Source: Mobula hypostoma
Lineage: Eukaryota
DNA: 64,000 nucleotides
Reading direction: 5' to 3'
Assembly (NCBI RefSeq): GCF_963921235.1
Contig: NC_086097.1
Coordinates: 221,714,001-221,778,000, forward strand
Shown: one piece after another, positions 1-9,417 of the stretch
How positions within the stretch are numbered: position 1 is the first letter of the stretch
Layout: each line of letters starts with the position of its first letter
Position numbers and translations under genes: made by a program
The notes under the pieces: model-generated
Seen by the model: only the letters and a program-made list of their open reading frames with translations
Database searches by the model: none
Told to the model about the DNA's origin: nothing

Positions 1-441
1 GGCACGGAAACTGAATCGACTTATTGTGGTTTTTGTGTTCATAGCTGCAAGAGATAAAGCATGCTAACCTGCCAGTGATTTGTATTTTGATATCATTCAT
101 CCCACATAAAAACAACAAGTAAAATAGGTCGTTATTATTATTGCAGTTATAATGTAACTCTAGAATTGTTTGACTGGTCTTCTATAATAAAATTATGTAG
201 GTTGCCAAAGGAGATGTTTGATAATAACAAGGCTGCAGCATAAATTCAGACCTGTTAATTGTGTGTCTGGTGTTAACCTAGCACCAAATGAAAATTAGTG
301 GCAGGAAATGATAATTGTCAAATAACCCAACAAAGTACAAATGGACATTGTACTGTATCCATGAGAAATGCAACACACGTCTGAACATTGAACAATTAGA
401 GGCTGTTCTGCTAATTGTAAACTGCTGGCTGAAAGCATATA

Positions 442-1247
442 CAGTGGATTCTATTTAATTGGGCCTTTGGTTAATCGGGACAGCTGCTTATTTGGGACAA
501 ATATTAAAGAACAATAATAAATCGAGAAATTAGCTGGGATTCCCTTTGATTAATTGGGAAACTATGTGACTTAATGGGGCAGGAGACTATTACCTGACAG
601 CTTCTAAATAGTGTCAGACGCGTGCACTCATGTGGCTGTTAGGCACTACATCATGTTTAGAGTGAACAGTTTTTAATGAGCGCAGTTGCGTGTGCTTATG
701 TTCAAAAAGCCGTGATTTTTGTCACTGATAGTTGCCGAGAAATAAGCAGCAAGACAATTCAGAACCGTTTTGCTCACTGTGGTTTCAAGCATTCAGGCTT
801 GGAGATACCAGAAACAGCCAGGAGTGAAAATGAAATGATTTCATTACTTCAACAAAGAATTTGAATGTATCCGCAATCATCTTGAATATTACAAGGAAAG
901 TGAAAATTTGGAGGATGCGATCATCAATAGCATTGTAGGAAGGCGATCCATTATCTACACAAGGTGCTTGCACTGATTTTGTTCATTTATAGTCAATCAA
1001 TAGAACACGTACACTGGATAAATTCTTCTGTCGATAACTATTAGGAACTAATGTACAGTTTTATAGTGCTGTAGTAGTATTGACAGTGTTCTAATTTATT
1101 CTGTATTTCATTTAAATACACAATTTGTTCCTCAGTTAATGGTACTTTGTCTTTTTTATACCTTTTTAATTATTTCCATGGAACTTTGTCTAACTAGGGC
1201 AGCTGTTTGATTGGGCCAAGATGTGTTCCATTAACCAGAATCTACTG
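442..1247 (+). mobile_element. Tigger/pogo-like DNA transposon relic (internally deleted)
   Basis: Imperfect TIRs CAGTGGATTCTATTTAATTGG (442) and CCATTAACCAGAATCTACTG (to 1247), TA on the left. ORF 676-864 contains AVIFVTDSCREISSKTIQNRFAHCGF, resembling the C-terminal end of the pogo/Tigger DDE domain. Confidence 0.75.
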
Positions 1248-1339
1248 CACTTGGCTCACTTTTTGCTATTGTATTAATATGCTTTGTAGAGAAATGAAGT
1301 AATTTATCACCACTCTCTGCACCTGTCAGATCTTTCATT

Positions 1340-1990
1340 TCAGTGAGCTCCCTGCAATTGAGAGACATCCTTGGAAACCCATGCCTGGGCAGCAAGCCCC
1401 TGGCTCAGCACACTTCCAGTGATGGGGGAGAACAAGTGCAAGGGATAGGCGTGACATGGTCCAGGCAGAAGTACGGAACAGCATGGACAAAAGGCAGTGG
1501 AATTGGGGTCACAGGGCATCTGGACAAAATGGGATCTTCCCAAGTGCAAGATTACTTGGGCAGAGCATTGGAGACAGGAAACCTTCTACATTTCTTTCCT
1601 CCTGTGGTCCATGTATGACACTCTCCCTGCACCATCACAGCTGCATATGTGGGGGCTGAGAGAGAACCCTAACTGCAAGATTTGTGGTCAGCAAGGTTCA
1701 CTGGCACACATACTGTCAGGATGCAAAGCAGCTTTAACACAAGGACAGTATAGATGGTGCCACATGGTCCTGCTGTCTCTTGCTGACTCACTGGAGTGGG
1801 AGAGGTGTAAAGAGAGACCAGCTGGCAGAGGCTAACAGAGCAGTAATTTCATCAAGGACAGGGCCACACCAGTCATATCAAAGAGACCTAAATCCACTCT
1901 GCTGTAAACTGCTGAATCATGGGAGATGAGGGTTGATGTGGGAGGAAGTTCCCAGAGGTGGTGCAAGCCACATTTCGACCAGTCATCATA
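1340..1990 (+). mobile_element. HERO-like (RLE-bearing) non-LTR retrotransposon remnant, left part
   Basis: ORF 1497-1835 has QGxWTKW...YDTLPAPSQLHMWG, a CxxC...HILSGC zinc knuckle and QGQYRWCH(MVL), typical of the C-terminus of HERO/R2-group elements. It ends in the RP(D)II motif at the CR1 junction. Confidence 0.75.
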
Positions 1991-2089
1991 CATAGAAACA
2001 TAGAAACATAGAAAATAGGTGCAGGAGTAGGCCATTCGACCCTTCGAGCCTGCACCGCCATTTATTATGATCATGGCTGATCATCCAAC

Positions 2090-5000
2090 TCAGAACCCAG
2101 CCTTCCCTCCATACCCCCTGACCCCTGTAGCCACAAGGGCCATATCTAACTTCCTTTTAAACATAGCTAATGAACTGGCCTCAACAGTTTGCTGTGGCAG
2201 AGAATTCCACAGATTCACCACTCTCTGTGTGAAGAAGTTTTTCCTAACCTCGGTCCTAAAAGGCTTCCCCTCTATCCTCAAACTGTGACCCCTCGTTCTA
2301 GACCTCCCCAACATCGGGAACAATCTTCCCGCATCTAGCCTGTCCAATCCCTTTAGGATCTTATACGTTTCAATCAGATCCCCCCTCAATCTTCTAAATT
2401 CCAACGAGTACAAGCCCAGTTCATCCAGTCTTTCTTCATATGAAAGACCTGCCATCCCAGGAATCAATCTGGTGAACCTTCTTTGTACTCCCTCTATGGC
2501 AAAGATGTCTTTCCTCAGATTAGGGGACCAAAACTGCACACAATACTCCAGGTGTGGTCTCACCAAGGCCTTGTACAACTGCAGTAGTACCTCCCTGCTC
2601 CTGTACTCGAATCCTCTCGCTATAAATGCCAGCATACCGTTCGCCTTTTTCACCGCCTGCTGTACCTGCATGCCCACTTTCAATGACTGGTGTATAATGA
2701 CACCCAGGTCTCGTTGCACCTCCCCTTTTCCTAATCGGCCACCATTCAGATAATAATCTGTTTTCCTATTTTTGCCACCAAAGTGGATAACTTCACATTT
2801 ATCCACATTAAATTGCATCTGCCATGAGTTTGCCCACTCACCCAACCTATCCAAGTCACCCTGCATCCTCTTAGCATCCTCCTCACTGCTAACACTGCCA
2901 CCCAGCTTCGTGTCATCCGCAAACTTGGAGATGCTGCATTTAATTCCCTCATCCAAGTCATTAATATATATTGTAAACAACTGGGGTCCCAGCACTGAGC
3001 CTTGCGGTACCCCACTAGTCACCGCCTGCCATTCTGAAAAGGTCCCATTTATTCCCACTCTTTGCTTCCTGTCTGCTAACCAATTCTCCACCCACACCAA
3101 TACCTTACCCCCAATACCGTGTGCTTTAAGTTTGCACACTAATCTCCTGTGTGGGACCTTGTCAAAAGCCTTTTGAAAATCCAAATATACCACATCCACT
3201 GGTTCTCCCCTATCCACTCTACTAGTTACATCCTCAAAAAATTCTATGAGATTCGTCAGACATGATTTTCCTTTCACAAATCCATGCTGACTTTGTCCAA
3301 TGATTTCACCGCTTTCCAAATGTGCTGTTATCACATCCTTGATAACTGACTCCAGCAGTTTCCCCACCACTGACGTTAGGCTAACCGGCCTATAATTCCC
3401 CGGTTTCTCTCTCCCTCCTTTTTTAAAAAGTGGGGTTACATTAGCCACCCTCCAATCCTCAGGAACTAGTCCAGAATCTAACGAGTTTTGAAAAATTATC
3501 ACTAATGCATCCACTATTTCTTGGGCTACTTCCTTAAGCACTCTAGGATGCAGACCATCTGGCCCTGGAGATTTATCTGCCTTCAATCCCTTCAATTTAC
3601 CTAACACCACTTCCCTACTAACATGTATTTCGCTCAGTTCCTCCATCTCACTGGACCCTCTGTCCCTTACTATTTCTGGAAGATTATTTATGTCCTCCTT
3701 AGTGAAGACAGAACCAAAGTAATTATTCAATTGGTCTGCCATGTCCTTGCTCCCCATAATCAATTCACCTGTTTCTGTTTGCAGGGGACCTACATTTGTC
3801 TTTATCAGTCTTTTCCTTTTTACATATCTATAAAAGCTTTTACAGTCCGTTTTTATGTTCTCTGCCAGTTTTCTCTCATAATCTTTTTTCCCCTTCCTAA
3901 TTAAGCCCTTTGTCCTCCTCTGCTGAACTCTGAATTTCTCCCAGTCCTCAGGTGAGCCACTTTCTCTGGCTAATTTGTATGCTACTTCTTTGGAATTGAT
4001 ACTATCCCTAATTTCTCTTGTCAGCCACGGGTGCACTACCTTCCTTGATTTATTCTTTTGCCAAACTGGGATGAACAATTGTTGTAGTTCATCCATGCAA
4101 CCTTTAAATGCTTGCCATTGCATATCCACCGTCGATCCTTGAAGTGTCATTTGCCAGTCTATCTTAGCTGATTCACGTCTCATACCTTCAAAGTTACCCC
4201 TCTTTAAGTTCAGAACCTTTGTTTCTGAATTAACTACGTCACTCTCCATGTTAATGAAGAATTCCACCATATTATGGTCACTCTTACCCAAGGGGCCTCT
4301 CACGACAAGATCGCTAATTAACCCTTCCTCATTGCTCAAAACCCAGTCCAGAATAGCCTGCTCTCTAGTCGGTTCCTCGACATGTTGGTTCAAAAAACCA
4401 TCCCGCATACATTCCAAGAAATCCTCTTCCTCAGCACCTTTACCAATTTGGTTCACCCAGTCTACATGTAGATTGAAGTCACCCATTATAACTGCTGTTC
4501 CTTTATTGCACACATTTCTAATTTCCTGTTTAATACCATCTCCGACCTCACTACTACTGTTAGGTGGCCTGTACACAACTCCCACCAGCGTCTTCTGCCC
4601 CTTAGTGTTACGCAGCTCTACCCATATCGATTCCACATCTTCCCGGCTTATGTCCTTCCTTTCTATTGCGTTAATCTCTTTTTTAACCAGCAACGCCACC
4701 CCACCTCCCCTTCCTTCATGTCTATCCCTCCTGAATATTGAATATCCCTGAATGTTGAGCTCCCATCCCTGGTCACCCTGGAGCCATGTCTCTGTGATCC
4801 CAACTATATCATAATCATTAATAACAATCTGCACTTTCAATTCATCCACCTTATTACAAATGCTCCTTGCATTGACACATAAAGCCTTCAGGCGCTCTTT
4901 TACAACTCTCTTAGCCCTTTTTAATGCTTGCCCTGGATTTGTCGGCCTGCCACTTTTACTTTTCCCCTTTGTACTTTTTGCCTCTACGCTCACTTTACAC

Positions 5001-5104
5001 CCCTCTGTCTCTCTGCACTGGTTCCCATCCCTCTGTTGTGAACTAACCTCCTCACACCTAGCCGCTTTAATTTGATTCCCACCCCCCAACCATTCTAGTT
5101 TAAA
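2090..5104 (-). CDS. CR1 ORF2: APE endonuclease + reverse transcriptase (999-codon open frame; start mechanism unclear, probably -1 frameshift from ORF1)
   Basis: EN motifs LCVNARS, ITETWL, YRPP, MGDFN, SDHN. RT motifs KSPGPDG, NYRPVSLTS, QHGF, LDFQKAFD, GVPQGSVLGP, FADD. No stops. The frame is open up to 5110 and the ORF-track start is a TTG. Confidence 0.95.
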   Translation of the reverse strand, partial: FKLEWLGGGNQIKAARCEEVSSQQRDGNQCRETEGCKVSVEAKSTKGKSKSGRPTNPGQALKRAKRVVKERLKALCVNARSICNKVDELKVQIVINDYDIVGITETWLQGDQGWELNIQGYSIFRRDRHEGRGGGVALLVKKEINAIERKDISREDVESIWVELRNTKGQKTLVGVVYRPPNSSSEVGDGIKQEIRNVCNKGTAVIMGDFNLHVDWVNQIGKGAEEEDFLECMRDGFLNQHVEEPTREQAILDWVLSNEEGLISDLVVRGPLGKSDHNMVEFFINMESDVVNSETKVLNLKRGNFEGMRRESAKIDWQMTLQGSTVDMQWQAFKGCMDELQQLFIPVWQKNKSRKVVHPWLTREIRDSINSKEVAYKLARESGSPEDWEKFRVQQRRTKGLIRKGKKDYERKLAENIKTDCKSFYRYVKRKRLIKTNVGPLQTETGELIMGSKDMADQLNNYFGSVFTKEDINNLPEIVRDRGSSEMEELSEIHVSREVVLGKLKGLKADKSPGPDGLHPRVLKEVAQEIVDALVIIFQNSLDSGLVPEDWRVANVTPLFKKGGREKPGNYRPVSLTSVVGKLLESVIKDVITAHLESGEIIGQSQHGFVKGKSCLTNLIEFFEDVTSRVDRGEPVDVVYLDFQKAFDKVPHRRLVCKLKAHGIGGKVLVWVENWLADRKQRVGINGTFSEWQAVTSGVPQGSVLGPQLFTIYINDLDEGIKCSISKFADDTKLGGSVSSEEDAKRMQGDLDRLGEWANSWQMQFNVDKCEVIHFGGKNRKTDYYLNGGRLGKGEVQRDLGVIIHQSLKVGMQVQQAVKKANGMLAFIARGFEYRSREVLLQLYKALVRPHLEYCVQFWSPNLRKDIFAIEGVQRRFTRLIPGMAGLSYEERLDELGLYSLEFRRLRGDLIETYKILKGLDRLDAGRLFPMLGRSRTRGHSLRIEGKPFRTEVRKNFFTQRVVNLWNSLPQQTVEASSLAMFKRKLDMALVATGVRGYGGKAGF

Positions 5105-5445
5105 GTCACCTCAGTAGCCCCCGCTAATCTCCCTGCCAGGATATTGGTCCCCCTAGGATTTAAGTGTAACCCGTCCTTTTTGTACAGGTCACACCTGCGC
5201 CAAAAGAGGTCCCAATGATCCAAAAACTTGAATCCCTGCCCCCTGCTCCAATCCCTCAGCCACGCATTTATCCTCCACCTCATCGCATTCCTACTCTCAC
5301 TGTCACGTGGCACAGGCAGTAATCCCGAGATTACTACCTTTGCGGTCCTTTTTCTCAACTCCCTTCCTAGCTCCCTATATTCTTCTTTCAGGACCTCATC
5401 CCTTTTCCTACCTATGTCATTGGTACCTATATGTACCAGGACCTC
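5095..5445 (-). CDS. CR1 ORF1 C-terminal part, SGNH/GDSL esterase domain (5'-truncated)
   Basis: The frame reads EVLVHIGTND...VVISGLLPVP...DGLHLN...EVTLN*; GTND and DGLH are SGNH block motifs. Confidence 0.9.
   Translation of the reverse strand, partial: EVLVHIGTNDIGRKRDEVLKEEYRELGRELRKRTAKVVISGLLPVPRDSESRNAMRWRINAWLRDWSRGQGFKFLDHWDLFWRRCDLYKKDGLHLNPRGTNILAGRLAGATEVTLN
5098..5104 (-). promoter_or_regulatory. Candidate -1 ribosomal frameshift slippery heptamer U_UUA_AAC at the CR1 ORF1/ORF2 junction
   Basis: Minus strand reads ACT TTA AAC TAG in the ORF1 frame; the -1 frame reads TTT AAA CTA GAA TGG TTG GGG..., continuous with ORF2. Confidence 0.65.
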
Positions 5446-5466
5446 TCCTCTGGCTCTTCACCCTCC

Positions 5467-5930
5467 TACTGCGGTCCAACGAAGACAAGAAAATCATCCT
5501 GGCAAAGCTCACAGTTCCAAGGGAGGAAGGATTCGAGGAGGCTCACAAAAGGAAGGCCCTTCTTCCAGGAGTGCAGGGACAACAGATTTCAGATGTGACT
5601 ATTCGCCGTGGAGATTGTCTGTCCTGGCAAGGTCGGCATGGAGGTTGATGTCTGCGCTGGGCCTTGATGAAAAGAGCAAGAGCCAAGCAGCTCGCAGGAT
5701 GGGGGAGGAAGCAGAAAGAGTCTTGTGCTGGATATGGAGCAGGCGGGAGGAGTTGAGCTGGAAGCCAGGAGCGGATGGGCGGCCACCATTGCCAACTGGA
5801 CAGTGCAGTGGTTAAGGGTTGAAACACTCTTCTGAAAGTTGGGAACCACCTGAGGCCATTTGCCCCTGGCCCGAGGCTATGGTTACCTCATCAGGTAACT
5901 GAGGAGAGCACCACAGTGCTTGATGCAAGG
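5467..5930 (+). mobile_element. HERO-like element, right part (restriction-like endonuclease region and 3' end)
   Basis: Reads LRSNEDKKIILAKLTVPREEGFEEAHKRK (degenerate LWS..IxELTVPWE..EAHERK RLE motif) and later MGEEAERVLCWIWSRREE; continues the RP(D)II motif cut at 1990. Confidence 0.75.
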
Positions 5931-6803
5931 ATGATATATTTTGATCATTATCACCATTGATTTAATCTTTGCTTGATATCTGAAAAATCACAGAGAACTA
6001 CCGCACAGAAGCAAGCCCTTCAACCCAACTAGTCTGTGCCAAAGTGTTATTCTGACCGTGATACAAAATAATGCAGAAAATACTATGCTAGCTTTACAAA
6101 TAAAGACAATCCGGTAATTTTTACATTGTAACTTCTCTTCGCTATGGAAGAAGTTTTTATTTACATATTGCTTTCCTATTTCTTCTTTCTATTACATTAT
6201 TTCATTAAGTTATAAATTATATTTTTTGCTCATTTTTAAAAAGTAGTGAAGCATTTTGTTCAGGGCTTGGTGATAATAGGATATTTAATGAAGTTAAATC
6301 CAATCATGTATGCAACAGCAAGCAAATAGTTTGACCAAAAGTCATGCAACTAAAGTCACATGTTTGAAAGTCACTGATCCAAAGTCATGCTTTTCTGTGC
6401 TTGTGAATGAGCTGATTAAATCCCTTGTGATCAAATGTCAGATGATAAAATCTCCAGGAATGTGCCAATTAGGAACGGGGCTCCTATCATTACAACCTTT
6501 TCTAAATCTCCATTTCATAGCTTTTGTCTGTTTGCACAGTAAGGGATAATATTTCCCAAATCCAAGCATTGGATCCCCAGTGGTAACATTATGACATGCC
6601 AGTAAAACACAATGACATTTCTACACTGAAAATAACAGTGTTTTAATTTGCACAGGAGTAATTTCTACCTATCCCAAGCATGGCCTCCCATGTCAGAGGG
6701 GATATAGCTGATTGGAGGATGTCCCGACTAAGAATTTCCTCTTTAGTGCTCTCAGTAACAATGTGGGCAACAGGAGTATTAGAAACAAGTCTACATCCAT
6801 ATC

Positions 6804-6904
6804 CAGAATGGTCCTGATGAAGGGTTCCGGCCTGAAACGTCGACCGATCGTTTCCACGGATGCTGCCCGACCTGCTGAGTTCCTCCAGCATGTTGTGAGT
6901 GTTG
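6804..6904 (+). mobile_element. Short Penelope pseudo-LTR insertion with 13-bp TSD
   Basis: Matches the pLTR of the Penelope-like element at 62415-63890; flanked by CTACATCCATATC at 6791-6803 and 6905-6917. Confidence 0.8.
6809..6846 (+). ncRNA. Minimal type I hammerhead ribozyme motif
   Basis: GGTC-CTGATGA-AGGGTTCCGGCCT-GAAA-CG-TC-GACC: complete core, stem I GGUC/GACC, stem II AGG/CCU, and a palindromic minimal stem III (ACGU) of the dimer-type hammerhead. Confidence 0.8.
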
Positions 6905-7689
6905 CTACATCCATATCTCAACCAAGGTGCTCATTAAGAATGTCTAAAGCATATACACTATCATTCTCTTCAAATGGAAATCAATTAAAAAGTCATTGAA
7001 TTGTTTTTCTAATGATGGCCAACAAGCAGCAAGCTGAAATCGTTTTAACTATGCTTTCACATCTCAGATTTTGCCATTCTGACTAAGACACCAGACAACT
7101 GCATTCAAATTTAGGGATCCTCTTTTTGCAACATGATACTTCCATTGGCCGTGCATTTCACCTACCGTATCCTCTGCACTATTGCACTGATGCTGCCCTA
7201 GCAGGGTGGAGGATTCTAAAACACATCATATATAACTCAGGCATAGTTGAGCTTAGTTCCAACAAGTTCCAACAATCCATGCTGTTCCAATGTCTGGAGA
7301 GGTGAGAGGAACAGAAGCCCAGAAATCACTGAGAGAGGAACAAACTTGTCTTAAGCGTCATAGGGAAAGATTTTAAACATGATAGGTTTCATGTGCTAAC
7401 ACCACTGGATAAATCTAACACTCAGGGACACCAGAATGAAAGTGGTAGAAAACTAAGTCTCACAAAGATTGAAAATAGAATGGGAAGTGTGCATGTAAAT
7501 CACACAGCTCCCATGAGGACCAACCCAGAGAGCATTAGAGTTATGTGACCATGAGGGGATTTGAGAGTCTGATCCAGGGAGGCTGTAAAACAAACTGCAC
7601 AAAATTCTAACAAAGTGAGTCAAGAAATTCCAAAACAAGCAGTAGGCATAATGCCAATGAACTAATTCTTCTGAAAAGATCAAAGGCTC

Positions 7690-8040
7690 TTCAGAATGGG
7701 GAATCTAAGTAACTTTGACAGTGGAATGATTGTTGGTGCCAGACGGGGTGATTTGAGTAACTCAGAGACTGCTGATCTCCTGGAATTTTCACATTAACAG
7801 TCTTTAGAGTTTACAGAGTACGATGTGAAAAACAAAAAAAAAGAAATCCAGTAAATGGTAGCTCTGTGGGCAAATCCACCTTGTTAATGAGAGAGGTCAG
7901 AGGAGAATGGCCAGACTGGTTCAAGCTGACAGGAAGGCAACAGTAACTCAAATCAATAGTGTACTGAAGAGATTCTCTGAATGTATAAAATGTTGAATCT
8001 TGAAGTGGATGGGGTGCAGCAGCAGAAGATCATGCACATA
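7690..8040 (+). mobile_element. Tc1-family non-autonomous relic
   Basis: Same family as 39955-40235, 43490-43980 and 47180-47625; degenerate paired-type HTH (LS.FD.GMIVGARRG.LS.SETADLL.FS). Confidence 0.8.
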
Positions 8041-9337
8041 CACAAACATATGTTGAAATTTAAAGAAAAACATATCAGTTGTCAGTTATACTGATAATCG
8101 ATGTGTGACTGAAATGGTTAACAATGCATGGCCACTATTGCAATTGACTGCTAGTTAATATGTAAAGCATGTGCAAGAGAACTAGAATTTAAACCAAACT
8201 CAAAATCAAAAGTAAAAAACATGAATTGCATTGATTTTTTACCAGATGTAGGTATGCGCATAGACTCCAAGGATGTTTAAACTGAGACGTCTCTATGGAT
8301 CTAATTTTGATTGATTATACTAAAAAGACTTTAAGAAATGAGGATAAAGCACTTCATAGCCACCCACACAATGAGTGCAATAACACCAGCTTTCTGATTT
8401 TCTTGAAAAAATATTTTTGCAGGAAGTAAAACATTTTCCCAATGGATGAAATAACACAGAATTTTGCCAATCAAAGCAAAACTAGTTTTTGGATTTTATG
8501 TATATCCAACTACCCAATCCTTTCAGAAAATGACATGATTCCTGGAAACATTTCAAAATGTAAAGCAGTTCACAGCTTCTGGACACTGGAATGAATGTAT
8601 TTCTTGCATGTAAACAACAAACCATTATGTCTCGTACTGAGTTAAAGTTTACAATGCTTCGTGAGGGCTGCTCACAATACAAAGGGCTTCCTGTAGTTAG
8701 TGTGGATAATCTTGCACAGACCCCCACGTGTTTTGGCAAATCATACCAGATTAATCTTTTAGGTATCTTATTCCATCATCAAATTTCTGCTCCTATCACA
8801 CTACATGCCTTATCACTTGGTCCATTTTCAATAGTGGGCCCATTCCTAAGATTTCAAATGCTAGCCTTCCGTGCACAGAAAACAGGTGTCCCTACTGTTT
8901 TCTGCAGCAAAGGCTCCTGCACATAAGCATGACAAAGGGCACAAGCAGTGACCACTGTTCTACCTGAAGGAACAGCTAAAAAAAACACTGTTGGTTTGAG
9001 ATGTATTCACCTTTACTGAATTTCAGTATGGTTTAGTGGGATTCAAATGCCTTGATTAAGTTGAGATTACTTTTGCAATGATTCCTACAGCCGTATCTTT
9101 TCTACTTTGGTACCTTTTGAAGAATTGCCAAGGAAGTGGCAATTGTTTTCAAATTATTTTGTATTACTTGGCATAAAATCTTCAGACAAGGCTTTAGGTG
9201 TCTCAGAATTCAAAAAAAAAGATCAATTTAAAAAATAACTGTTAAATTTCCTCTTTTAAAACTGTGCAAATGGCTTCTACAGTTACCTCTTAAAAGGTTG
9301 TTTTTTTGAATAGTGAGTATTCTTGTCTACCACTCAC

Positions 9338-9417
9338 TTGCAAAGAAGTCCCCCTATTAAAAATTGGCTACATGCAAAGTACAGTAATAAAATGAAGTCA
9401 TTCAGTAAGGCCACCAT
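9338..9417 (-). CDS. Candidate first coding exon of an unidentified host gene (signal-peptide-like, phase-2 donor)
   Basis: gtcaccATGG Kozak context, MVALLNDFILLLYFACSQFLIGGLLC, then AA|GTGAGT donor at 9337; lies in the longest repeat-free stretch of the window. Confidence 0.45.

Larger units (their letters stand above)
1991..5466 (-). mobile_element. Young CR1 LINE, 5'-truncated inside ORF1, with intact ORF2 and (TTTCTATG)n 3' tail
   Basis: 3' tail CATAGAAA x3 at 1991-2014, 3' hairpin TGATCAGCCATGATCA, uninterrupted EN+RT ORF, and an SGNH-esterase ORF1 C-terminus. Confidence 0.97.

Noticed and set aside
2067..5075. Plus-strand ORFs (73-167 aa) overlapping CR1 ORF2, and similar ones over other LINEs
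   Set aside because: Antisense shadows of RT coding sequence; no independent motifs.
5800..5915. Hammerhead-like words (GAAAC, CTGAGGA) and a hairpin in the HERO 3' UTR
   Set aside because: I could not build three consistent stems around a core.
7166..7215. Minus-strand exon-like segment (TTTTAG|...ACG|GTAGGT) as exon 2 of the candidate gene
   Set aside because: Joining in phase 2 gives a TAG stop after 12 codons.
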